Shown here: positions 1 to 7,435 of the stretch, piece after piece
How positions within the stretch are numbered: the stretch's first letter is position 1
How the letters are laid out: each line of letters opens with the position of its first letter
NCBI GenBank assembly: GCA_046759305.1
Contig: JBHIBY010000002.1
Location: 1-61,203 of the forward strand
Direction of reading: 5' to 3'
DNA: 61,203 nucleotides
From: Anaerolineales bacterium
GTDB taxonomy: Bacteria > Chloroflexota > Anaerolineae > Anaerolineales > E44-bin32
The notes under the pieces: generated by a model
What the model was told of the DNA's origin: nothing
The model's input: the letters and a program-made list of their open reading frames with translations, nothing else
Database searches by the model: none
Program-made: the position numbers and the translations under genes

Positions 1-1114
1 CCGGGCGGCAAACTCGGCCACGCGCTGGAGCCAGTACGGGTGTGGTGGTGCTGCCGAAGAGATCCAGTCCCGTGTGGTAATAGATGAATTCGCTCCCGTT
101 GTAGCTCCGCCGCGTGCCAAAAAATGAGGGAAACGTCTCGAAGTATGTAGAGGGATAAGTGAATGATCCCTCCCAAAGCTTTTCCGGAGCTATCTGACTC
201 ACGATGCTGGCGATCAAATTGTCTTCCGGCTCGGTATTTGTGGGATCGAGCGTTTCAGGAGGCACTTGCAGGTACTCTCGCCCATATCCACCATCTCGTA
301 CCAGGATTGGCTGACTGAACCGCGTCCCATCGCTTAAGCCCAGCTCCAGTTCAATCAAACCTGGCTCTTCCAGTGCATGTATGCCTTGCAAGGCAAGCGC
401 CATTCCCTGATCAATGCGGATCACCGAAAACGGTTGATCGCCGATACGGCCAGATATTTCATTCGGACTGTCGATTCGGACGGTGAGGGTTCTTCCCTGA
501 GTTGCGCTCTCAGGGGCCACAGTGACCACTCCAAATTCAGGAGGCAGTGCGGTCGTTGCCGCCTGTTCACCGGGGGCGTAGATAAGCTCGCCCGGCACGA
601 GCCATCCCCTTCCTTCGATCCCGTTGCCTTCAGCTAGCGCCCACCTGTCTCGCCCGATTTCAGCTGAGAGCTCAAGTATGCTTTGGCCATGAAGTGTCGA
701 AATACGATTGGAAGTCGGCATTCCGCCGATTCGTTCAGGGAATACAAAGGGTTGGCCCGAATAGAGCCGGTGAGGGTTGAGAACACGGTTTAGGCGTCCC
801 AACTGGTCGACAGGCTGGCCATACCTGAGCGCCAGGCTGTTCAACGTCTCTCCATAGCGGACCGGATTAAATTGCAGAGTCCCATCCAGACCTTCGTAGC
901 CCGGAATAACCAGCGCCTGACCAAGAAATATGGCGGAGGGGTCGTCGATCTGATTAGCCTCAGCCAACTCCTCAACTGTAGTTCCAAAGATCTGAGCTAT
1001 CGAGAAAAGGGAATCGCCCGCCTCTACAACATAGACCGGCCCATCCGGTTGTGCGACGAGAAATGCTGAGCCCGTCAGCAGGCTCAGAACCACCAGAAAT
1101 TTACTGATGCTCAC
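1..1114 (-). CDS. LysM-domain M23-family peptidoglycan metallopeptidase (partial; C-terminus lies beyond the window start)
   Basis: Absent from the ORF track because it runs off the edge. Hand translation of the minus strand from GTG (1114..1112) gives a signal-like VSISKFLVVLSLLTGSAFLV and two LysM repeats (YVVEAGDSLFSIAQIFGTTVEELAEANQI; VRYGETLNSLALRYGQPVDQLGRLN). Near the edge it gives YYHTGLDLF, the HxxxD motif of M23 peptidases. Confidence 0.75.
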   Translation of the reverse strand, partial: MSISKFLVVLSLLTGSAFLVAQPDGPVYVVEAGDSLFSIAQIFGTTVEELAEANQIDDPSAIFLGQALVIPGYEGLDGTLQFNPVRYGETLNSLALRYGQPVDQLGRLNRVLNPHRLYSGQPFVFPERIGGMPTSNRISTLHGQSILELSAEIGRDRWALAEGNGIEGRGWLVPGELIYAPGEQAATTALPPEFGVVTVAPESATQGRTLTVRIDSPNEISGRIGDQPFSVIRIDQGMALALQGIHALEEPGLIELELGLSDGTRFSQPILVRDGGYGREYLQVPPETLDPTNTEPEDNLIASIVSQIAPEKLWEGSFTYPSTYFETFPSFFGTRRSYNGSEFIYYHTGLDLFGSTTTPVLAPARGRVCRP

Positions 1115-1163
1115 AGCGCGATTATAGCTAGGGCGGCACCAACGCGGAAGCGAGGTCATGCCA

Positions 1164-1192
1164 ATAAGAAACGGGGCTGCGAATGCAGCCCC
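1164..1192 (-). terminator. Rho-independent terminator after the CheY-like response regulator
   Basis: On the minus strand, GGGGCTGC-ATTC-GCAGCCCC (8 bp stem) is followed by GTTTCTTATT, about 25 nt after the stop at 1217. Confidence 0.6.
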
Positions 1193-1216
1193 GCTAGAAT
1201 TCGGATCGTTTTGAGA

Positions 1217-1624
1217 TCAGTCGACCTGGCCCAAAATCTTCTCTACGCTCTCAAGGAGCTCCTGCGGACCGAAAGGCTTTGTGATGTAGTCATCTACCTT
1301 AGCGATGTGAAGTCCGAGAACCTTATCGATGGACTGCGCTTTGGCGGTAACTACGATCACAGGAATCTCTCGCAGAGATTCATCCGACTTCATACGTTGG
1401 TAGACCTCCCAACCATCCATATCCGGCATCATGAGATCTAGCAGCACCAGGTCGGGCTTTTTCTCCTGGACCTTCTCCAGACCTTCGAGCCCGCCATTGG
1501 CCCCTTCCACTTCAAATCCTCGCCGTCCTAATATGAGCTGAACAAGGTCGATCATTTCCTGCTCATCTTCAATACAGACGACGAGTTTGCCGTTTACGGG
1601 GGTGTTCCCATTGCTCGCAACCAC
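1217..1624 (-). CDS. Single-domain CheY-like response regulator (receiver only)
   Basis: Receiver motifs are present: VVCIEDEQ, DLVLLDLMMPDMDGWEV, PVIVVTAK, DDYITKPF. The start is moved to the in-frame GTG at 1624 because the 1699 extension contains a terminator-like hairpin and non-protein-like sequence. Confidence 0.85.
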   Translation of the reverse strand: MVASNGNTPVNGKLVVCIEDEQEMIDLVQLILGRRGFEVEGANGGLEGLEKVQEKKPDLVLLDLMMPDMDGWEVYQRMKSDESLREIPVIVVTAKAQSIDKVLGLHIAKVDDYITKPFGPQELLESVEKILGQVD

Positions 1625-1678
1625 GAGGAAAAGTTTACACCATCGATTCTCAGACCTGCAATGAACTCTGGTCCCATT

Positions 1679-1710
1679 AAACGCACAAGGTCGCCACATT
1701 CATGGCGACC
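1679..1710 (-). terminator. Hairpin with interrupted U-tract (weak terminator candidate)
   Basis: On the minus strand, GGTCGCCA-TGAATG-TGGCGACC (8 bp perfect stem) is followed by TTGTGCGTTT. Confidence 0.35.
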
Positions 1711-2210
1711 AAGGCGAGAGTGGAAACACCTAAGCGGAGGTTGCCCGCTGTTAAGGTGCAGCCGGATTATGGCACAAATCGTCTTAATTGCGACTGAATT
1801 GAAAGGTGTCTGAAAGGTGATATTTAGCTAGCCCAGGAACACGTTTACTAGGGCGGCGACTGTGTATGCCAGGCCAGCGAGGTTCGCGGCGAAACCGAAG
1901 AGGCTGAGTGCGAGGAAGGTAAATCGAATCGTACTAGACACTTGACTCTCCAGGCTCTTAAACCTGCCCCTCTGACCGGTGGATTAACGAGGAATTGTTT
2001 CCGAATTCGGAATCCTCCGGCCCCCAAAGAATAGTACCACGGTACCAGCGGATCTTCGCAAGCTTTAACGGCTCCAGCTGGATGAATGCGGAAATCCCAC
2101 GGATCGAGGCTGCTGTACGAGATCGCTGTTCCTCCGATAATTCGCTCGATGACTGATCGCTGTATATGCATTACATGGGAGAAGATCGGCATTCAGTCCG
2201 TGCGCCTAAT

Positions 2211-2235
2211 GTAAAGACCCCGTCGCAGCGGGGTC
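2211..2235 (-). terminator. Hairpin downstream of tRNA-Lys (terminator candidate)
   Basis: On the minus strand, GACCCCG-CTGCGA-CGGGGTC is followed by TTTAC. It lies about 65 nt after the tRNA 3' end and has a short U-tract. Confidence 0.45.
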
Positions 2236-2299
2236 CACGTTCGAAAGAATATGAGCCGTCCTCGGATCCGAAAGGCTCCGTTCACCTACATCATGCAAG

Positions 2300-2373
2300 T
2301 GCCTGCGGCAGGACTCGAACCTGCAACCAACGGATTAAGAGTCCGCTGCTCTGCCAGATTGAGCTACGCAGGC
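2300..2373 (-). tRNA. tRNA-Lys (anticodon CTT)
   Basis: The reverse complement is GCCTGCGTAGCTCAATCTGGCAGAGCAGCGGACTCTTAATCCGTTGGTTGCAGGTTCGAGTCCTGCCGCAGGCA. It folds as a cloverleaf with a 7 bp acceptor stem, anticodon loop CTCTTAA and T-loop GGTTCGAGTCC. CCA is not encoded. Confidence 0.93.
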
Positions 2374-2516
2374 AAGTCTTGCCGGCTGTCCAGCGAGGGG
2401 ATCTTACGGCGATTGACATCTATAGCAATCGCAGTGTGGGTCGGTGGACAGGATACGCCTCGCGGCGGATTATAGCAGTAAGCTCGCGAAGGCTTGCTAC
2501 AATTCACTCTGGATCT

Positions 2517-3482
2517 ATGATCCGATCTCTGATCCTATTTCTTTCTGAGGCGAAGTGGGCCCAAGCGCTTGTAAAAGACTGGGGCCTAGCGCGCAAAGTG
2601 GCTCGTCGATTCGTTGCAGGGGAAACCCTTTCAGAAGCAATGGAAGTTGCACGAGTCCTGAGCGAGCAGGGCCTCACCACAACACTCGCGCACCTAGGCG
2701 AGCATGCAGCCACCGAGACTGAAGCGGCCAACTATCGGGAGGACATTCGGCAGCTGATCCTGGCCATTGGCAGCAGCGACTTACCTTCCAATATTTCTCT
2801 CAAACTTACGCAGCTTGGGCTTACTCTCGACCACGGGATGTGCATGGAAAACATGCTTCAAATCGCGCGCGAAGGAGCTGCTCAGAACGTGTATATACGT
2901 ATCGATATGGAAGAATCCGATTGCATCGATCAGACGTTGAGCATTCATCGCACTCTGGAAGCGCAAGGGCTAACAAATGTGGGATTGGTGTTTCAGTCTG
3001 CCTTGTTTCGAAGTGAGCACGACATCCGCTTAGCAGTCGCAGCAGGGACCACTGTGCGGATCGTTAAAGGAGCATATTTGGAGCCAGAGGCGATCGCCCA
3101 CCAGGCCAAGGAAGACATCGATGGTAATTTCGACCGTCTCTCCATCATCGTGCTGGACGCAGCCCACGACCAGGGCGCGATTCCGGTTTCCAATGATGGT
3201 CGAACGCCGCCACTGACCGCAGTCGCCTCTCACGACCTGAACCGAATTGAGTTCGCAGAGCAATACGCACGAGAGATCGGGGTCTCGCGTGATGCGCTTG
3301 AATTCCAGTTTCTGTACGGTATCCGCTCGGAGCTTCAGGCATCACTTCAGAGACGTCGCTATCCGGTTAGGGTCTATGTACCCTATGGATCGCAGTGGTA
3401 CCCATACTTGATGCGGCGGCTTGCTGAGCGTCCCGCAAACCTCTGGCTGGTATTTTCAAATCTGTTTCGTCGGTGGGCCTGA
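2517..3482 (+). CDS. Proline dehydrogenase (monofunctional PRODH family)
   Basis: Family-typical segments are present: LKLTQLGL, YIRIDMEES, RIVKGAY, EFQFLYGIR, VYVPYG..WYPYLMRRLAERPANL. The start is set at ATG 2517 because the track's 2166 start reads through tRNA-Lys. Confidence 0.85.
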   Translation: MIRSLILFLSEAKWAQALVKDWGLARKVARRFVAGETLSEAMEVARVLSEQGLTTTLAHLGEHAATETEAANYREDIRQLILAIGSSDLPSNISLKLTQLGLTLDHGMCMENMLQIAREGAAQNVYIRIDMEESDCIDQTLSIHRTLEAQGLTNVGLVFQSALFRSEHDIRLAVAAGTTVRIVKGAYLEPEAIAHQAKEDIDGNFDRLSIIVLDAAHDQGAIPVSNDGRTPPLTAVASHDLNRIEFAEQYAREIGVSRDALEFQFLYGIRSELQASLQRRRYPVRVYVPYGSQWYPYLMRRLAERPANLWLVFSNLFRRWA

Positions 3483-3563
3483 CTGATCCCCGAATCACGT
3501 GATCGTGGAGCGAATACCGCATCTAGGGTTCGCGCTCTATCTCCGAAGCCTAAGGAGGTTCCT

Positions 3564-4295
3564 TTGGATCTTGCTGGAAAGATTGCTCTGATTACTGGCG
3601 CAGCCCACCGCTTAGGAAAGTCGATCGCCCTGGCGTTGGCGGAGGAGGGATGCGATCTGATGATCCACTTCAGCCAGGCGCGGGAAGCAGCAGTTGAGAC
3701 TGCAAACGAGCTGCAGTCTCTAGGCGTTCGAACCTCGATCGTTCAGGCCGATCTTTCCCGATCGGAGGGCATTCATGAGGTGTTTCACGCGATTGACTCT
3801 ACATACGGCAGAGTCGATTTGTTGGTGAATTCGGCAGCCATTCTCGAGCGTCAGAATCTGCTTGAAGTTGATGAGAATGATTGGCGCAGCACAATCGGGT
3901 TGAACCTCAAGGGCGCCTTTTTTGTGCTTCAGGAATCGGCGCGCCGGATGCGGAAGGTCGGTGGTGGAGCAGTAGTGAACATATCAGACACTGCTGGTCA
4001 TCGACCCTGGAAGGAATTTCCACTCCACTCGATCAGTAAAGCTGGGCTAGAAATGGTCACAGAGGTCGCAGCGTACGCACTGGCGCCAGAGATACGGGTG
4101 AATTCGGTAGTGCCGGGCCCAACCCTCAAGCCACCTTGGATGCCAGACGAGAGATGGTATGAGGTCACAGGTAGAATACCTCTCAAGCAGCAAGTACCCA
4201 GCCACAACGTTGCCAAGGCAGTGGTGTTCCTGATGGCGAATGAATACATCACAGGTCACTCGCTGATAGTGGATGGCGGTGATTTGCTGACCTAA
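3564..4295 (+). CDS. Short-chain dehydrogenase/reductase, pteridine-reductase-like
   Basis: It has the TGAAHRLGKSIA Rossmann motif, NSAA and NISD. The active-site YxxxK reads HSISK. The start is TTG, preceded by TAAGGAGGT. Confidence 0.85.
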   Translation: MDLAGKIALITGAAHRLGKSIALALAEEGCDLMIHFSQAREAAVETANELQSLGVRTSIVQADLSRSEGIHEVFHAIDSTYGRVDLLVNSAAILERQNLLEVDENDWRSTIGLNLKGAFFVLQESARRMRKVGGGAVVNISDTAGHRPWKEFPLHSISKAGLEMVTEVAAYALAPEIRVNSVVPGPTLKPPWMPDERWYEVTGRIPLKQQVPSHNVAKAVVFLMANEYITGHSLIVDGGDLLT

Positions 4296-4320
4296 TGCGA
4301 ACGAGGATGGGGAGTAACGG

Positions 4321-4806
4321 ATGAGCCAACGCACAGACGCGATTCGAAACCACCTGGAAACTCGTCATGCAGAGACCTGGCCGGTACTCGAAGGATTAGA
4401 CGAGAGCGACATGTCGGCGGAAGTCTACTCGTCAGAGGAGGGATCCTGGACGGTCAAGGATCTTGTCGGGCATCTCGCAGACGGCGAGCGCGGCAACCTC
4501 GGCCTAGCTAAGCGCTTGGTTGCGGGGGAACAGACCGTACCTCCCGACTTCGACTTGGATAGGTGGAATCGGGGAGCGGTACGACGGGCATCTGAAACAT
4601 CGCCGGCCGAGTTGATGGGTGTCATCTTTGAGTCATACACGCGCGCGCTCGAATTCCTCGACGGACTTGAGGACAACGAACTCGACCTAGTCGGATTACA
4701 TTCGAGCGGAGAGATGCTGACAACGGAAGGGTTTCTGAGACGAATGGTTGATCATCGCTTCGAGCATGTAACGGACATGCAAGCCGCTCTTAGCAAGCAG
4801 TCATAG
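4321..4806 (+). CDS. DinB-superfamily (DinB_2/MDMPI-N-like) metal-dependent protein
   Basis: It shows a four-helix-bundle pattern with conserved His residues: HLETRH..., WTVKDLVGHLADGE, VDHRFEHV. Confidence 0.7.
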   Translation: MSQRTDAIRNHLETRHAETWPVLEGLDESDMSAEVYSSEEGSWTVKDLVGHLADGERGNLGLAKRLVAGEQTVPPDFDLDRWNRGAVRRASETSPAELMGVIFESYTRALEFLDGLEDNELDLVGLHSSGEMLTTEGFLRRMVDHRFEHVTDMQAALSKQS

Positions 4807-4902
4807 GCTCCAGACTTCGCTTTGACGCCACTGTTGGGATCGGAACCCACCACAAGCTGAAATTCATCCGGCACGGACGGTTGATAAAATTCTCTCAATT
4901 TC

Positions 4903-5289
4903 ATGAAATATCCTATCCACGATTTATACATTCAAGCGCTTGAGCTCGAGCAGAATTCCGAAGGTTCAAGATTGGCGGTACTCCGCTTTAGCGATCACCT
5001 TCTGCGCAGATTCGGCTTAGCGGAAATTGTCTTCCTTGCGCCGGAGCAGGCTCAGCATGCGGTCCTCAGGGAGTTCGCCGATGAAGTTTGGGCGCTGGTC
5101 GCGGGAGCCGTTGAGTTCCAATGGCAGGACCAGCGTCCGTCATCGCCAACTCTCGGTGCCGCCTATCAGCTGAATTGTGATCAACCAACCCTTGTTCTTG
5201 CGCCTTTTGGGGTTGAGTTTGAAGTGCGAGCAATTGGGGGTCCGGCGCAATTACTCCGCCTGGCTACTCATGAGAGCGACGAGAAGTGA
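4903..5289 (+). CDS. Hypothetical protein (possible degenerate cupin fold)
   Basis: This 128 aa ORF has a GTGA stop/start overlap with the downstream UbiA gene. I found no diagnostic motif; the cupin idea rests only on the beta-strand pattern. Confidence 0.5.
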   Translation: MKYPIHDLYIQALELEQNSEGSRLAVLRFSDHLLRRFGLAEIVFLAPEQAQHAVLREFADEVWALVAGAVEFQWQDQRPSSPTLGAAYQLNCDQPTLVLAPFGVEFEVRAIGGPAQLLRLATHESDEK

Positions 5290-6200
5290 TATCGGTGTTA
5301 CAAATGCGGCTTTTCCTTCAGCTCTCGAGACCCCTCTTTCTCCTGGGCGGTGTATTGCTCTATGCTCTTGGTGCTGTCATTGCCGCATACCTGGGCCGTC
5401 CGATCGATCCATCGCTGTACCTGATTGGGCAGGCCATCGTCACGCTTCTGCAACTGATGGGGCACTATCTCAATGAGTATTTCGATTCGGATGCCGACCG
5501 GGAAAATGATTCCCGAACACGCTTGACCGGAGGCAGCGGTGCGCTCGGTCCTGAGGGTCTCCCCAGGAGCGTGGCGTTGTACGCGGCAATCATTTCCCTG
5601 GCACTCGCGACTACAGTTTCAACCGCGGCACTGGTCACGAGAGCGTTCCCGCCACTCGCCTGGCCAATCCTGTTGCTCGGTTTCTTCGGATCGTTTTATT
5701 ACAGCACCCCTCCACTCAGACTGGTGACTACCGGCTACGGAGAATTGGTGGTTGCGCTTGTAGTCGCTGGATTGACTCCCGCCTTCGCATATGCACTCCA
5801 GACCGGAGAGCTTCATCGGCTGCTTTTGATGAGCAATACTCCACTTATCGCTCTCTGTTTTGCAATGATCATCGTCTTTGAGCTCCCGGATTACGCCAAT
5901 GATGTCAAGTATGGTAAGCGGAACCTCATGGTGCGGCTTGGCTGGTCGGCCGCTATGAGAGCGCATGATGTGGCGATAGTGTTTGCACTGCTCAGTTTTG
6001 CGATCGCATTTTCGCTTGGCTTGCCCTCAAGAGTTGGCCTCAGCGCGCTGATCGTTGTCCCGCTTGCGGCTGCGCAGATGTGGCAACTCAACCGGATTCG
6101 GCAGGGTTATCCACCCCGATGGAACATTTTGACTTTTAGTGCACTCGCAGTGTTTGCCATCGCAGCTTACCTGGAGCTCGTAGGCTACCTGCTAACCTGA
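5286..6200 (+). CDS. UbiA-family aromatic prenyltransferase (MenA-like)
   Basis: The protein is polytopic, with NEYFDSDADREN (NxxxDxxxD) and a second Asp-rich motif, ELPDYANDVKYGKRN. Confidence 0.85.
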   Translation: MISVLQMRLFLQLSRPLFLLGGVLLYALGAVIAAYLGRPIDPSLYLIGQAIVTLLQLMGHYLNEYFDSDADRENDSRTRLTGGSGALGPEGLPRSVALYAAIISLALATTVSTAALVTRAFPPLAWPILLLGFFGSFYYSTPPLRLVTTGYGELVVALVVAGLTPAFAYALQTGELHRLLLMSNTPLIALCFAMIIVFELPDYANDVKYGKRNLMVRLGWSAAMRAHDVAIVFALLSFAIAFSLGLPSRVGLSALIVVPLAAAQMWQLNRIRQGYPPRWNILTFSALAVFAIAAYLELVGYLLT

Positions 6201-6201
6201 C

Positions 6202-7434
6202 ATGCCCGAATTCCTGCAATTGACCACACCCGAACATGCGCTGAAAACGTTTCTAAGCGCAATTTCACAGAGTTCCGATCCCGTTCGAGTTTCTACCGAG
6301 CAAGCGCGCGAGCGAGTTCTCCTTCGCGATATTGTTGCGCCGACTCCTCTTCCACCTTTCGCCAGGACAACGGTTGACGGCTATGCAGTTCGGGCTTCAG
6401 ATACTTTCGGTGCCTCCCCAAGCACCCCTAGCTACCTGAAAATCGTTGGCGAAATCCTCATGGGCACCGATCCCGAGCTTGCGGTCGAAGATGGTCAGGC
6501 TGTCACGATTCATACCGGAGGAATGCTGCCGCAGGGAGCGGACGCGGTGCTGATGATTGAAGATACGCAGTCGGTCAACGAAACGGAAATCGAGGTATTG
6601 AAGCCGGTAGCCTCTGGCCAGAATGTTCTACAGGAAGGTGAGGATGTTCAGCCGGGAGAGGTCGTGATTCGAGCTGGGACGCGTATTCGAGCTCAAGAGA
6701 TCGGGGGATTGATGGCGCTCGGCTACACCGATGTTGAAGTGGCAGAGGTGCCTCGGGTCGCAATCCTTTCCACTGGTGATGAGGTCGTTCCTCCGGCGGA
6801 AGTGCCCGAGCCGGGACAAGTTAGAGACATCAATTCCTATACGCTTAGCGCTCTTATCGAGCGATCAGGTGGTAAGCCGGTGCGCTACGGGATCATACCT
6901 GACAACGCAGAAGACCTCGAAGTTATCGCCAAGCAAGCACACTCGGAACACCACATGCTATTGATCACTGCCGGATCATCGGTGAGTGAGCGGGACATTA
7001 CTGCGGATGTTATTGCCAAGCTTGGTGCACCTGGAATCTTGGTGCATGGTATTGCTTTGCGTCCGGGAAAACCGACCATACTGAGTATCTGTGACGGCGT
7101 TCCAGTAATCGGGTTACCCGGCAATCCAGTGAGCGCAATAGTCGTAGCTGGCCTTTTCGTGCTCCCTGCCATTCGAAAGCTCCAGGGACTAAACGGTCCC
7201 GAGTGGACCGCGACCGTCAGGGCTAATTTGCAGACCAATGTCTCTTCTGTTGCCGGTCGGGAGGACTGGCTCCCATGTCGCTTGATCGTGACTCCGGAGG
7301 GCCTCGAAGCGCAGCCCGTGTTTGGGCGTTCGAATCTGATTTTCACATTGGTACGCGCCGATGGTTTGATCCGGATCCCAGCCGCCTCGACCGGCCTCGA
7401 CAATGGCGAGAAAGTCGAAGTGCGGCTTTTCTGA
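6202..7434 (+). CDS. moeA: Molybdopterin molybdenumtransferase MoeA
   Basis: MoeA motifs are present: TVDGYAVRASD, GGMLPQGADAVLMIEDT, LSTGDEV, RDINSYTL, LITAGSSVSERD, GIALRPGKP. Confidence 0.9.
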   Translation: MPEFLQLTTPEHALKTFLSAISQSSDPVRVSTEQARERVLLRDIVAPTPLPPFARTTVDGYAVRASDTFGASPSTPSYLKIVGEILMGTDPELAVEDGQAVTIHTGGMLPQGADAVLMIEDTQSVNETEIEVLKPVASGQNVLQEGEDVQPGEVVIRAGTRIRAQEIGGLMALGYTDVEVAEVPRVAILSTGDEVVPPAEVPEPGQVRDINSYTLSALIERSGGKPVRYGIIPDNAEDLEVIAKQAHSEHHMLLITAGSSVSERDITADVIAKLGAPGILVHGIALRPGKPTILSICDGVPVIGLPGNPVSAIVVAGLFVLPAIRKLQGLNGPEWTATVRANLQTNVSSVAGREDWLPCRLIVTPEGLEAQPVFGRSNLIFTLVRADGLIRIPAASTGLDNGEKVEVRLF

Positions 7435-7435
7435 C

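Noticed and set aside
1848-2192. The 114 aa minus-strand ORF, considered as a real gene. The same region was also considered as tmRNA, RNase P RNA or SRP RNA.
   Set aside because: The ORF has no SD, a compositionally odd C-terminal half and no recognisable motif. For the RNA candidates I found no tRNA-like 3' end (GGTTCGA...CCACCA), no GGAAAGTCCGGGC-type P4 element and no SRP domain IV motif. The region is kept only as an unassigned region in the findings.
2236-2373. tRNA-Lys, tRNA-Ser (16352..16438) and tRNA-Sec (10616..10708) considered as integration sites of genomic islands or prophages.
   Set aside because: I saw no integrase or recombinase gene, no duplicated tRNA 3'-end direct repeat and no phage or mobile genes flanking any of the three tRNAs. 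Only the unexplained 1711..2215 spacer remains.
2166-2516. The 5' extension of the proline dehydrogenase ORF, together with the overlapping ORF 2251..2475.
   Set aside because: Both read across tRNA-Lys on the opposite strand, which explains the GLEPATNGLRVRCSARLSYAG-type artefact translation. PRODH homology begins at ATG 2517.
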